Assembly: GCF_000195755.1 (NCBI RefSeq)
Contig: NC_002937.3
Span: 450,001 to 482,000, forward strand
Length of the DNA: 32,000 nt
Origin: Nitratidesulfovibrio vulgaris str. Hildenborough
GTDB lineage: Bacteria > Desulfobacterota > Desulfovibrionia > Desulfovibrionales > Desulfovibrionaceae
Reading direction: 5' to 3'
Part shown: in pieces, positions 9,231 to 18,656 of the stretch
How the letters are laid out: every line of letters starts with the position of its first letter
Position numbering within the stretch: position 1 is the stretch's first letter
Made by a program: the position numbers and the translations under genes
The notes under the pieces: generated by a model
What the model saw: the letters and a program-made list of their open reading frames with translations, nothing else
Databases searched by the model: none
What the model was told of the DNA's origin: nothing

Positions 9231-9836
9231 CTACCCCTTGACCGCCTTGCGGATGTCTTCCCGCAGGGATTGAATGACCTGCTTCCAGTTTTCGCAGACG
9301 GGCAGGAACTCGTATTCGAGCAGGTCGGCGAGCAATATCCAGTCTTCGTTCTCGAGGACCTCGGTCATTTCGGTGAGCAGGTCGGAAATCTGGTCGACGT
9401 TGGTCTGGAAGTCGACACCACCCCGCAGGGAGAATTCCGCACGCAGGGTGCTGATCATGCCCATGAAGTCGCGGGTCACGTCGATGAGGTCCTGCAACAG
9501 CTCAAGGGCTTCGGTGTCGTCGGCCTGACGGAAGAGCGTGGCGACCTGCTTCGCCCCGGAAGTCATGACCTGTATCACCTTGTACAGTTCGCGAGAGATG
9601 TTCACTGCCATCTCGCCGACGGGCACGGTGCGAATCTCGAGCGACCGGATTTCGTCGGTCTGCACGTCTTCAGCCTGATGCGGATAGATTTCGGAGAAGG
9701 TCTCTTCGTTGACGAGCACATCCGTGACGATGCGATTCTCCAGGTAGTCCTCGGTGAGCACCTTCACCAGTATCTCTTCAAGATTGGCGAAGCTGTCGAG
9801 CTTCATATCGGTCTGGCGACCGTCGATTACGATCAT
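9231..9836 (-). CDS. Hypothetical 201-aa strongly acidic protein
   Basis: The ATG at 9836 (MIVIDGRQTD...) is preceded by AGGAGG plus a 5-nt spacer. The ORF-track start at 10031 would overlap the GT9 gene and has no RBS. Codon usage is coding-like. No family recognised. Confidence 0.65.
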   Translation of the reverse strand: MIVIDGRQTDMKLDSFANLEEILVKVLTEDYLENRIVTDVLVNEETFSEIYPHQAEDVQTDEIRSLEIRTVPVGEMAVNISRELYKVIQVMTSGAKQVATLFRQADDTEALELLQDLIDVTRDFMGMISTLRAEFSLRGGVDFQTNVDQISDLLTEMTEVLENEDWILLADLLEYEFLPVCENWKQVIQSLREDIRKAVKG

Positions 9837-9888
9837 TTCTGCCTCCTGCGATCCCGGTCGGGAAGGTTTTGCGCTGTTCACAAGAATA

Positions 9889-9904
9889 AGCAAATTCCGG
9901 GCCA
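9889..9904 (-). promoter_or_regulatory. Sigma-54 (RpoN) type -24/-12 promoter
   Basis: The minus strand reads TGGCCCG-GAAT-TTGCT against the consensus TGGCACG-N4-TTGCW. The GG-N10-GC spacing is exact and only one core mismatch is present. It lies about 53 nt upstream of the ATG at 9836, in the 161-nt gap after the GT9 gene. Confidence 0.6.
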
Positions 9905-9997
9905 ACGTCCTTGATCCGGATGGGGCAGGTATGCAGGGGCGCAGGTCGGGAAAGGCGTCAGCAGAGAGGCAAGCGGGACAGCAGGAGAAGGCGGGGG

Positions 9998-11671
9998 TCA
10001 ATCGGTGGCTACGGAGAGGTGGTCGTGCCATGCCGTCGCAAGTGCGCGATACAGAGAAGCGAGTTGCAGAATGGTATCAAGTGATGCCCCCGCCGTCTGC
10101 ATCTCTGACAGCCACAGGTGGGCAAGGGCCCTGAAGTGGGGGCTTTGCTCAAAGAGGGCATGGATGCGTCCGCAGGTGGTCAGAAAACGCTGTTTCGCAA
10201 GGTCGGACGAGGTGCGTTGCAGCAGTAGCCCCTGTTCACCCAGAAGGTGCAGCAATGCCGATGCCTGTCCGAGGACTGTGGCGCAGTCATGGCGAAATGC
10301 CTGGGGCAGGGCGCAGGGGAGGTCTGGTGCCCTCAGCGAGGGAAGGGGACAACCCGCCGTCGCGGCAGGGCGCTTGAGGTCAAGGAATTGACGATAGAAG
10401 TGCCGTTGTTCGCGTATCCATGCCGTGCGGGTTTCCTGTTCATGCCCAGATGCTGAAGCATCGTCATGCCCATGTGCAGAAGCATCGTCATGCCCCGATG
10501 CGAAGGCGTCGCCATGTGCAGATGCGGAGGCGAGGTCGATGAAGCCGTGGGCGTCGCGCCGTGCGACCCAGACTCGCGCGCCTTTGGCCGGCACACTGTG
10601 CCATGCGCCCTTCGTGAGTCGACCAAGCAGCAGTGCCGCAACGTCTGCGGGGCGGATGGCGTCATGACATGCATGGTCGTGCGGGCACGGGACGCCGAAG
10701 GGGCAGGGGTGGCAGGGCATGTCGGGTTCGAGACAGCAGGCGTCGTCGCTATAGGGGCCCGTGTCCCACGGCTGTGCCGTGGCGAGGAATATGGCGAGTA
10801 CGGGAAGCCCCAGTCCGGCGGCGAGGTGCATCGTTCCGGTGTCGTTGGTGACGAGTGCGCGCGTGCACGAGAGGGCCGCTGCGAGGTCGGGCAACCGGGT
10901 GCGTCCCACCAGACTGATGAACGGTGCGGTCGCGGCGGTCGCGTAGCCCTCGGCAAGGTGCTGTTCAGCAGTGCTTCCGACAAGTACGGGACACAGTCGC
11001 TGTTCACGCCAAAGCCTGTCCCCGACCGCGGCGAAGGATGCCACAGGCCAGCGGCGTCTGTCCTCGCTGGCACCGGGTTGCAGGGCGACGAAGCCCTCGC
11101 ATCCTTCCGGGGCCGCTTCGGCGAGTTGCCGGTGCACGACCGCGCGTCGTTCTGCGTCGGGGCAGCGCAAGGTGAAGACGGGCGTCTGGTCGCCGACACC
11201 TGCGACGCGGCGTATCACGTCCACCAGATTGAACGGGCTGCATCCCCTGTCACGGCTGGCTGCCTGAAGGAACGTGCTCCATGCGTCGGCGTCGAGTCCG
11301 AAACCGTGTTCGTCGAGGGCGAAACCGAGCAACGGGCCGCCCTGGGGCACCAGCCTGCGGGCGAGCAGCCTGCCAGCGAGCGTGGCAGTGAGGTTCAGCA
11401 CCCCGTCGGGGCGGAATGACTTTGTGAGATCATCGCACCAGTCCGTGATGTCGGCGGTGGCGCGCCGCCAGTCGTCATCCAGTCCTGCCAGCAACCGGGC
11501 ACCGGGCAGAGGCGCGACGTGTGCCACCCCATACAGCAGCGAGGCTGCTTCGGCGAAGTTGTCGAGGCATACGAGGGCGGTCTCGTGTCCTTGCGCGTGC
11601 AGCCCTGCGAGTGCGGGCTGTGTTTGCAGCAGGTCGCCGAAGCGGGTGAGGTTGATGACGACGAGACGCAT
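9998..11671 (-). CDS. Glycosyltransferase family 9 (heptosyltransferase-like) with a repeat-containing C-terminal extension
   Basis: GT9 N-terminus MRLVVINLTRFGDLLQTQPAL and a later TNDTGTMHLAAGLG motif. The ATG at 11671 leaves 17 nt after the trkA stop, whereas the listed start at 11743 would overlap trkA by 56 nt. The C-terminal approx. 200 aa lie beyond the GT9 fold. Confidence 0.8.
   Translation of the reverse strand: MRLVVINLTRFGDLLQTQPALAGLHAQGHETALVCLDNFAEAASLLYGVAHVAPLPGARLLAGLDDDWRRATADITDWCDDLTKSFRPDGVLNLTATLAGRLLARRLVPQGGPLLGFALDEHGFGLDADAWSTFLQAASRDRGCSPFNLVDVIRRVAGVGDQTPVFTLRCPDAERRAVVHRQLAEAAPEGCEGFVALQPGASEDRRRWPVASFAAVGDRLWREQRLCPVLVGSTAEQHLAEGYATAATAPFISLVGRTRLPDLAAALSCTRALVTNDTGTMHLAAGLGLPVLAIFLATAQPWDTGPYSDDACCLEPDMPCHPCPFGVPCPHDHACHDAIRPADVAALLLGRLTKGAWHSVPAKGARVWVARRDAHGFIDLASASAHGDAFASGHDDASAHGHDDASASGHEQETRTAWIREQRHFYRQFLDLKRPAATAGCPLPSLRAPDLPCALPQAFRHDCATVLGQASALLHLLGEQGLLLQRTSSDLAKQRFLTTCGRIHALFEQSPHFRALAHLWLSEMQTAGASLDTILQLASLYRALATAWHDHLSVATD
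10442..10537 (-). repeat. Four imperfect tandem 24-nt repeats encoding octapeptides DLASASAH / GDAFASGH / DDASAHGH / DDASASGH within the GT9 gene
   Basis: Plus-strand units: atgcccagatgctgaagcatcgtc, atgcccatgtgcagaagcatcgtc, atgccccgatgcgaaggcgtcgcc, atgtgcagatgcggaggcgaggtc. These were read and translated directly from the sequence. Confidence 0.85.
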
Positions 11672-11687
11672 GGTATCGATTGGCAGG

Positions 11688-12353
11688 TCAGGGTTCGAGA
11701 CGGAGCACGTCTTCGTGCCGTCCGATGACGACAAGCTTGTCACCCTGTTGCAGCACTTCGTGGGCTGCGGGTACGAAGCGGTATTCGCGGAAGGCGGCGG
11801 GCTTCACCGCCACCACCATGACGCCGTGCTCGTTGGCGAGTCTCAGGTCGAGCAACGTCCGCCCGGCCCATTTGTCCACCGTGAGTTCCTGCAGGAGAAT
11901 CTGCCCTCCGCCGCCGAGGGGCAGCAGGTCGAGCATCCCCGGATTCACGAGCCTGTGGGCAAGGTGCGTGGCCACATCATGTTCGGGAAGGATGACGTGA
12001 TCGACACCAAGGCGTGTGAGCACCTTCTTGTGCTCCGTGCTCACGGCCTTGACCCATATCTTGCGGACGCCGATTTCCTGCAGGTTGAGGGTCACAAGCA
12101 GCGAGGTCTCCATGGAGTTGCCGACGCTGACGATGACGCAGTCGAGGTCCTGGAAGCGCAGTTGCTGCAACACCGCGGGGTCGGCGGCATTGCCCTGATA
12201 GACCTGCGATAGGATGTCCTGCGCCTGCCGGATGCGGCCCTCGGTACTGTCGATGCCGACCACGGAATGCCCAAGTTCGACGAGGGTCCGTGAGACCTGC
12301 AAGCCGAACTTGCCAAGACCGATGACGCCTATTTCGAGTTTCGGTGTAGCCAT
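11688..12353 (-). CDS. trkA: TrkA/KtrA-type K+ uptake regulatory subunit (RCK_N Rossmann plus RCK_C)
   Basis: IGVIGLGKFGLQV dinucleotide-binding motif. The ATG at 12353 (MATPKLE) is preceded by GGAG plus a 7-nt spacer. It sits directly downstream of trkH. Confidence 0.85.
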   Translation of the reverse strand: MATPKLEIGVIGLGKFGLQVSRTLVELGHSVVGIDSTEGRIRQAQDILSQVYQGNAADPAVLQQLRFQDLDCVIVSVGNSMETSLLVTLNLQEIGVRKIWVKAVSTEHKKVLTRLGVDHVILPEHDVATHLAHRLVNPGMLDLLPLGGGGQILLQELTVDKWAGRTLLDLRLANEHGVMVVAVKPAAFREYRFVPAAHEVLQQGDKLVVIGRHEDVLRLEP

Positions 12354-12410
12354 TGCAATCTCCTGGGCGGGGTGTGCGCGCCGCGAAAGGATGCGGCTGT
12401 CAGGCACATC

Positions 12411-13757
12411 CTAGCCGATGGGCATGTCCATTTCGGGCCAGCGGTACTTGGGTTCGGTCTGCAGGCTCTGCAACGTGGTCAGAAGCCATAGCGGGCCGAG
12501 GCGACCGACGAACATGATGAGGGTGATGCACAGTTTGCCGCCTGTAGTCAGGTGCGGCGTGACCCCGGTGGAGAGTCCGACCGTGCCGAAGGCCGAGACG
12601 GTCTCGAACAGGAGGTCGATGAAGTCGAAGCGGGGGGCTGACGGGTCGACCACTGCGTCGGTGGTGAGGGTGAGTATGGTGACCCCTCCCACCACGGTGA
12701 GGGTGGCGAAGAGAAAGAGCGTCAGCGCCTTTTCGATGGTCGCCCTGTCTACGGCCCTGTCCATGAGGATGATCTGCCGTCGTCCCTTGAACTGGGCGGT
12801 GACGAAGCCGGCAAGCACCCTGAACGTGGTCGTCTTGATGCCGCCTGCGCACGAACCCGGCGACCCGCCCACGAACATGAGGAAGATGATGACCAGCAGC
12901 GTGGTGTGGGTGACGGCACCGAGGTCGATGGTGTTGAATCCCGCCGTACGGGCCGACACGGACTGGAAGAGCGCGGGCAGCACGAGGTCGGCGCGGCTCA
13001 TGCCGTTGCCGGAACGCCACGCCTCGATGCACCAGATGGCGGCGGCACCGCCCACGATGAGCAGCGCCGAGGTGCGGAGCACAAGGCGGCTGTGCCTCGA
13101 CAGCCTGACCGAACGGTCGCGAAGCGCTGAAAGGCATTCGTCCAGCACAGAGAAGCCCAACCCGCCGAAGATGATGAGCAACATGATGGTGGCGTTGACG
13201 CCCACGTTGTCGCGGAACGAGACGAGGTTGTCGGGCATGAGGCCGAAGCCCGCGTTACAGAATGCCGAGATGGCATGGAAGATGGCGGCATAGACATCAA
13301 TGCGCCCTTCTCCGAAGATGAAGAGCGCCGCGGCACCGCTGAATTCGATGCATAGCACGACCACCACCACGCGTTGCAGGAACGTGCCGAGGTGGAACGA
13401 CGGGTCGTGCAGCAGTGCCTGCCCCACGGCCAGCCTGTCGGTGATGGAGACCCGGCGTCGCCAGAGGAAGAAGATGAGGCTCGAATAGGTGGTGATGCCG
13501 AGGCCGCCAAGCTGGATGAGCGCAAGAATGACCATCTGCCCCATCGTGGAGTAGGTCGTGCCGGTGTCGACGACAGCAAGCCCCGTCACGCATACCGCCG
13601 ATGTTGCCGTGAACAGGGCGTCTACGAACGAGACGGCCTTTCCGGTGCCGCAGGCCTCAAGCGTGAGCAGCACTGCCCCCGCGAGAATGACGGCAGCGAA
13701 CGAGAGCACCGGAAGGGCCAGTGGCCCGAAGTGTTTATGGTACGCCATGTGGCGCAT
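12411..13757 (-). CDS. trkH: TrkH/KtrB-family K+ transporter membrane subunit
   Basis: Polytopic membrane protein with repeated pore-loop-like segments ([30 protein letters not shown]). The start is set at the ATG at 13757 (MRHMAYHK...); the ATG at 13748 is also possible. The listed start at 13883 would overlap the divergent malic enzyme gene. Confidence 0.8.
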   Translation of the reverse strand: MRHMAYHKHFGPLALPVLSFAAVILAGAVLLTLEACGTGKAVSFVDALFTATSAVCVTGLAVVDTGTTYSTMGQMVILALIQLGGLGITTYSSLIFFLWRRRVSITDRLAVGQALLHDPSFHLGTFLQRVVVVVLCIEFSGAAALFIFGEGRIDVYAAIFHAISAFCNAGFGLMPDNLVSFRDNVGVNATIMLLIIFGGLGFSVLDECLSALRDRSVRLSRHSRLVLRTSALLIVGGAAAIWCIEAWRSGNGMSRADLVLPALFQSVSARTAGFNTIDLGAVTHTTLLVIIFLMFVGGSPGSCAGGIKTTTFRVLAGFVTAQFKGRRQIILMDRAVDRATIEKALTLFLFATLTVVGGVTILTLTTDAVVDPSAPRFDFIDLLFETVSAFGTVGLSTGVTPHLTTGGKLCITLIMFVGRLGPLWLLTTLQSLQTEPKYRWPEMDMPIG

Positions 13758-13866
13758 GATAGCCCTGCGGGGGGCGCATGGCAAGTTGCCGACTTGCGGC
13801 GACCGGCGCGATGCACTACCTTGGTCGCCGTCCCACGACACACCACATATCAGAGAGGTAGTACGC

Positions 13867-15186
13867 ATGGCCCTGTTCACCAAGGAGGAGGCGCTCCGCT
13901 ATCACGCCTGCGGTCATCCCGGCAAGGTCGAGACCGTTCCCGTCAAACCCTGTGCCACCCAGCGCCATCTCTCCATGGCCTATACGCCGGGCGTCGCCGA
14001 TGCCTGTCGCGCCATCCACGCGGATGCCGCCGAGGGCTACGCCTACACCAACAAGGGCAACCTCGTCGCCGTGGTCTCCAACGGCACGGCCGTCCTCGGC
14101 CTTGGCGACATCGGGCCGCTGGCTGGCAAGCCCGTGATGGAAGGCAAGGGCGTGCTGTTCAAGGTCTTCGCCGATGTGGATGTGTACGACCTGTGCATCG
14201 AGCAGAAAGACCCCGCGAAGATCATCGAATTCGTCAGGATGCTCGAGCCTACCTTCGGCGGCATCAACCTCGAAGATATCAAGGCGCCGGAATGCTTCGA
14301 GATAGAGCAGACGCTCATCCGCGAGATGGACATTCCCGTCTTCCATGACGACCAGCACGGCACGGCCATCATCTCCGGGGCGGGTCTCATCGCCGCGCTC
14401 GAACTCGCGGGCAAGAAGGCCGAAGAGGTCAAGGTCGTCGTCTCCGGTGCCGGTGCCGGTGCCATCGCCTGCACCAACTTCTTCATGGCACTGGGCGTCC
14501 GCCGTGAGAACGTCTACATGTTCGACTCGCGAGGGCTTCTGCACAAGGGGCGCGCCGGGCTCAACGCCGCGAAGCTGGCCTTTGCGCAGGAGCGCGACCA
14601 CGGCAGCCTCGCCGATGTCATGCGCGGCGCCGACGTGTTCCTCGGCCTTTCGGTTGGCGGCATGGTGACGCCCGACATGGTGGCGTCCATGGCGGCGAAC
14701 CCCATCGTCTTCGCCTGCGCCAACCCCGACCCCGAAATCGCCTACCCAGACGCCAAGGCCGTGCGCGACGATCTCATCATGGCCACCGGGCGTTCGGACT
14801 ATCCCAACCAGATCAATAACGTGCTGGGCTTCCCCTTCATCTTCCGCGGCGCACTCGACGTGCAGGCACGCACCATCAACGAGGAGATGAAGATGGCCGC
14901 CGCCCGCGCGCTGGCCGCGCTGGCCAAGGAACCCGTGCCCGCCGAGGCGCTGGCCCCCTATGGTCTTGCATCGGCTTCGTTCGGCGTGGACTACATCATC
15001 CCCAAGGCCCTCGACCCGCGTGTCATCGAGTGGGTCGCCCCCGCGGTGGCCGAGGCCGCCATGCGTACGGGCGTGGCGCGCCGCGTCATCGACCTCGACG
15101 CCTACCGGGTCGAACTGCGCGAGCGCATGAAGGCAGCCCGCGCACGCATCGGGGCCTTCATCGACAGCTACGGGCTGGATTTCTAG
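13867..15186 (+). CDS. NAD(P)-dependent malic enzyme, short form without a PTA-like domain
   Basis: 439 aa from the ATG at 13867 ([13 protein letters not shown]), with GAGAGG upstream. Motifs: [56 protein letters not shown]. The 5' part of the listed ORF (13558) is antisense to trkH and Arg/Ala-rich. Confidence 0.88.
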   Translation: MALFTKEEALRYHACGHPGKVETVPVKPCATQRHLSMAYTPGVADACRAIHADAAEGYAYTNKGNLVAVVSNGTAVLGLGDIGPLAGKPVMEGKGVLFKVFADVDVYDLCIEQKDPAKIIEFVRMLEPTFGGINLEDIKAPECFEIEQTLIREMDIPVFHDDQHGTAIISGAGLIAALELAGKKAEEVKVVVSGAGAGAIACTNFFMALGVRRENVYMFDSRGLLHKGRAGLNAAKLAFAQERDHGSLADVMRGADVFLGLSVGGMVTPDMVASMAANPIVFACANPDPEIAYPDAKAVRDDLIMATGRSDYPNQINNVLGFPFIFRGALDVQARTINEEMKMAAARALAALAKEPVPAEALAPYGLASASFGVDYIIPKALDPRVIEWVAPAVAEAAMRTGVARRVIDLDAYRVELRERMKAARARIGAFIDSYGLDF

Positions 15187-15243
15187 CCACGGGACGTCTT
15201 GCATCCTGCTGGATGCGAGCGGTGCCCATTTGCGGAGGATAAG

Positions 15244-16767
15244 GTGGACATCCGTTTTCAGGCCGGAGGGCACGCCGCATGGCGTGCCGGGGCCGTCATG
15301 GTTTTCGTGTTCAAGGACGAACCGCTTGCCGAGGTCGACAGCCAATTGGTGGAGGCCGCGCCGTGGCTGACCATCGCCCCGGCGGGCAACGACTTCAGGG
15401 CCGCGAAGGATGAAGTGGCCGTGCTGCACGGCCCGCCCGCGTTCGACATCCCGCGCGTGGTCGCGGTGGGGCTTGGCAAGCGGGAGGATTGCACGCTTGA
15501 GCGTATCCGCCTTGCCGCAGCCGCAGGCATCCGCCGTTGTCGCGACCTGCGTGTCGAGAACGTCGGTGTGGTCGCGGCACAGTTGGGGCGCATGGCCCCC
15601 ACGGAGCATGACGCCCTGCGGGTGGCCGAAGAGGTGGTGTGCGGTGCCCTTCTCGGTCTGTACCGCTACGACCGCTTCCGCACGGTGAAGGACGACGAGA
15701 GGGCGGAAGACCCGCGCTGGCTGGCACTCCTGTGCGAGGGCAAGAACGTCCCCGACGACCTGCACGGTGCCGCCCGCAAGGGCGAGGCGGTCGCCTTGGG
15801 CATGGGGGTCGCCCGCGACCTCGTCAACGGGCCTGCCAACATCGTAACGCCCGCGTTCCTTGCTTCGGAAGCTGAGGCCCTTGGAAGGAAGCATGGCTTC
15901 CGGGTCGAGGTGCTGGGCCGTGACGAACTGTCATCCATGGGGATGGGGGCCTTTGCTTCGGTCTTCCGCGGTGCGGAAGAGGAGGCAAGACTCATCGTCA
16001 TCGAACATGCCCCCGCCGGAACCGAAGAACAGCAGCCGCTGGTCTTCGTGGGCAAGGGCGTCACCTTCGATACCGGCGGCATCAGCCTCAAGCCCGCTGC
16101 GAAGATGCATGAGATGAAGGGCGACATGGCCGGGGCCGCTGCCATTCTCGGTCTTTTCGCCGCGCTGGGCGAGCGCGACCTGCCTCGTCGCGTGGTGGGT
16201 GTGCTGCCGTGCACCGAGAACATGCCCGACGGCCGGGCCACGCGCCCCGGTGACGTGGTCACCACCCTTTCGGGCAAGACGGTGGAGATTCTCAACACCG
16301 ACGCCGAGGGCAGGCTTCTGCTGTGCGACGCGCTCACCTACGCGCAGCGCCGCTGGCAGCCCGAGGCCCTTGTCGACCTTGCCACGCTCACCGGGGCGTG
16401 CGTCGTGGCACTCGGGACCGAAGTCGCCGGACTCTTCTGCGACGACGCGGCCCTTGCCGATGCCATCGCCTCGCGCGGCGAGACCGTGGGCGACCTCTTC
16501 TGGCCCTTGCCGCTGTGGAAGTCGTATGCCGAGAACCTCAAGAGCGATGTGGCCGACCTCGCCAACGTGGGGCCGCGCGAAGGGGGTGCTGTGAACGCGG
16601 CGCTTTTCCTGCGCCAGTTCATCGACGATGGCGTGCGCTGGGCGCATCTCGACATCGCCGGGCCTGCCTTCACCGCCAAGAAGTCGGCCCTGTGCCCGGG
16701 CGGTGGAACGGGTTTCGCCGTACGCACGCTGTTCGAACTTGTCAGCGAAGGCATTCCCGCCGCGTAG
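15244..16767 (+). CDS. pepA: Leucyl (cytosol) aminopeptidase, M17 family
   Basis: Motifs VGKGVTFDTGGISLKP and NTDAEGRLLLCDAL. The GTG at 15244 is preceded by GGAGG plus a 5-nt spacer and is preferred over the listed upstream start at 15199. Confidence 0.88.
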   Translation: MDIRFQAGGHAAWRAGAVMVFVFKDEPLAEVDSQLVEAAPWLTIAPAGNDFRAAKDEVAVLHGPPAFDIPRVVAVGLGKREDCTLERIRLAAAAGIRRCRDLRVENVGVVAAQLGRMAPTEHDALRVAEEVVCGALLGLYRYDRFRTVKDDERAEDPRWLALLCEGKNVPDDLHGAARKGEAVALGMGVARDLVNGPANIVTPAFLASEAEALGRKHGFRVEVLGRDELSSMGMGAFASVFRGAEEEARLIVIEHAPAGTEEQQPLVFVGKGVTFDTGGISLKPAAKMHEMKGDMAGAAAILGLFAALGERDLPRRVVGVLPCTENMPDGRATRPGDVVTTLSGKTVEILNTDAEGRLLLCDALTYAQRRWQPEALVDLATLTGACVVALGTEVAGLFCDDAALADAIASRGETVGDLFWPLPLWKSYAENLKSDVADLANVGPREGGAVNAALFLRQFIDDGVRWAHLDIAGPAFTAKKSALCPGGGTGFAVRTLFELVSEGIPAA

Positions 16768-16919
16768 GCGAGGCGCCGTCCGAGGCTGTCGGCAACAGCA
16801 GGAGGCTGCGCAACAGGTGTCCTGATGTCTTTTAGCCCGGTGCGCGCGGCGGCGGGGCAAGCCCGCAACGCGTGAGCAACCATCGCCGAGACGCATCGCG
16901 CCGTGACGGCGTTCATGGA

Positions 16920-16947
16920 GGGTCGCCCCTTGGGGCGGCCCTTTTCC
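16920..16947 (+). terminator. Rho-independent terminator, probably for the malic enzyme-pepA unit
   Basis: GGGTCGCC (16920-16927) / GGCGGCCC (16934-16941): an 8-bp stem with one G.U pair, followed by TTTTCC. It lies 152 nt after the pepA stop. Confidence 0.55.
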
Positions 16948-17021
16948 GTCTGCGAAACCGTTCCGGGTGTGCGGGGTGAGGAGGGGGGCGACTGTGGGGC
17001 ATGGGGCGCCCGCAGGTGTCG

Positions 17022-18140
17022 TCAGTCGGCCTCTTCGATGTAGCCGGGCGGAAGCAGGATGTCGGGGATGTCTCCCGAGACGACGCGGTTGCGCCCCTGT
17101 TCCTTGGCCATGTAGAGTTTACGGTCGGCCTTGCGGATGTGGTAGTCGGTGTGTCCTTCGCGGGAGCATTGGTGCACCCCGAAGCACAGCGTCACCCTGA
17201 TGGGGATGCCGTGGTACGAGAACGGGTACGATTCCGTGAGGGTCCGCAGTTTTTCGGCCAGACGGGTCGCCCCTTTCTCGTCGGTATCGGGCAGCAGCAG
17301 AAGGAATTCTTCACCGCCCCATCGACAGACGGTATCCTGCGCACGCATGTTCGTCCGCAGCATATCGGCCAGTTTGCGCAGGACATAGTCGCCGCATTCG
17401 TGCCCGTGCGTGTCGTTGATGGTCTTGAAGTGGTCTATATCACAGAGGATCAGTGACAGGGGCGTGTTGTTTCGCAGGGAACGTTGCCGCTCCTGTTCGA
17501 AACGTTCGCAGAGTGACCTTCGGTTCGCAAGCCCTGTGAGAGGGTCGGAACGTGCGCAGAAGGCCAACTGGTGGGTGAGGGCCAGCAGTCTGCGTTCGGA
17601 GTGCCGCCGGGCGGCTTCGGCGACCGATACGAGGGAGATGCTGGCGGTCAGGGCCAGCAGGTAGCGCGGGGCGAAGCTGTCACCATACTCGAAGGGACTG
17701 AGTTCTTCAGGGCCGTACAGGATACAGATGATACCGAAGACCAGCAGTGCCACGAGCATGCCGCCGCGCCGCAACCCGAAGGTGAAGAGCAGCAACGGTG
17801 GCAGCGAGAAGACCCACAGGTGCCCCATACCGGCGACGCCACCCGTGGCCATGAGCCACCAGTCGACGCCGATGAGGGCAAGGGCAAGCAGAAGGTTGAT
17901 ATTGCTTCGCTTTCCTGTTCTGCCGAGATGGAGCATGGAGAAGAGGGCAAGGGCGGCGATGCCGCACAACAGCAGGGCCATGCCGCCGTATCCCTGCATC
18001 CAGTCGAAGAAGGCAAGAGACAGGCAGAAGACCATGGTGACGGCGTTGAACATGTTGGCCACGCCGACGTGGTGTATGGCTTCAGGCTGCGGGGCATGGG
18101 ACAGCCCGTTGCTGAAGACCCGGTCGATGAGGGTGCGCAT
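17022..18140 (-). CDS. Membrane-anchored diguanylate cyclase (multi-TM N-terminal domain plus GGDEF)
   Basis: The N-terminal approx. 190 aa contain about 5-6 hydrophobic helices. The catalytic domain carries GGEEF and an RxxD I-site (RAQD-TVCRW-GGEEF). There is no obvious SD before the ATG at 18140, so the start is uncertain. Confidence 0.85.
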   Translation of the reverse strand: MRTLIDRVFSNGLSHAPQPEAIHHVGVANMFNAVTMVFCLSLAFFDWMQGYGGMALLLCGIAALALFSMLHLGRTGKRSNINLLLALALIGVDWWLMATGGVAGMGHLWVFSLPPLLLFTFGLRRGGMLVALLVFGIICILYGPEELSPFEYGDSFAPRYLLALTASISLVSVAEAARRHSERRLLALTHQLAFCARSDPLTGLANRRSLCERFEQERQRSLRNNTPLSLILCDIDHFKTINDTHGHECGDYVLRKLADMLRTNMRAQDTVCRWGGEEFLLLLPDTDEKGATRLAEKLRTLTESYPFSYHGIPIRVTLCFGVHQCSREGHTDYHIRKADRKLYMAKEQGRNRVVSGDIPDILLPPGYIEEAD

Positions 18141-18570
18141 GAGGGTGCTGTTCGATGTGCGAACGCCATCTATGGCGGACTGGTGTCAGGGCGCATGATC
18201 CCCCCCTGGGCGCATGCTGCTGAACGAGCTTTGCCGATATCGGTCAAACAATCATTTCTATACATAAAAGTTGTCGACTGTCAGTGACAAGGCGGGGATA
18301 ATGTGTCTCCTACCTTCAAAATGGGTGAATGCCCTACTTCTAGGTGGGGGATGCGTGATGCCAGCGACCCCAGAATGGGGCATGTCTCGATAACACCCGT
18401 TGCCGGTGCCCGCCTCTCCCCGCACTGGGGCGGGGTGATTACGCTTTTTCCGCTGTATTGACGGAACCTGCGACCCATGAAGGGCGCAGGTAAGCGGCTG
18501 GTGGCGGCTGGTGCTATCCTGAATGATGGCGCGAGGGGGCTTCGCCTCGAAATCACCTTCTGGATGGTCG

Positions 18571-18599
18571 TTGACAAGGGGGGGCATCATACATAGAAG
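18571..18599 (+). promoter_or_regulatory. Sigma-70-like promoter candidate for speA (TTGACA-N17-TAGAAG)
   Basis: Perfect -35 hexamer at 18571-18576, a 17-nt spacer and a 4/6 -10 hexamer at 18594-18599. This is a pattern match only. Confidence 0.35.
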
Positions 18600-18656
18600 G
18601 TGCCACTCCACACCCGTGCATGAAGACTCGCGTGTGGTTCAGGCCGGGGCGGTGGC

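Noticed and set aside
9837-10031. N-terminal extensions suggested by the ORF track: 10031 for the 201-aa gene, 11743 for GT9, 12407 for trkA, 13883 for trkH, 13558 for malic enzyme, 20831 for the dehydrogenase, 23820 for speB, 28449 for the PAS-GGDEF-EAL gene and 28380 for usp.
   Set aside because: The extensions overlap neighbouring genes or divergent promoters, are Arg/Pro/Ser-rich and lack SD sequences. Internal starts with GGAG-type RBSs coincide with the conserved N-termini of the families.
13816-15894. 692-aa minus-strand ORF. Similar long antisense ORFs are at 18639..20183, 20621..21880, 3178..4323, 5902..6900, 15931..16896, 28760..30049, and on the plus strand 10466..11419 and 12418..13293.
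   Set aside because: Each lies antisense to, or out of frame with, a gene carrying unmistakable conserved motifs (malic enzyme/pepA, speA, the dehydrogenase, dsrN, rlpA/REC protein, cls, GT9, trkH). Their translations are Arg/Gly/His/Asp/Val-rich low-information strings with no RBS. These are typical stop-codon-poor shadow frames of high-GC DNA.
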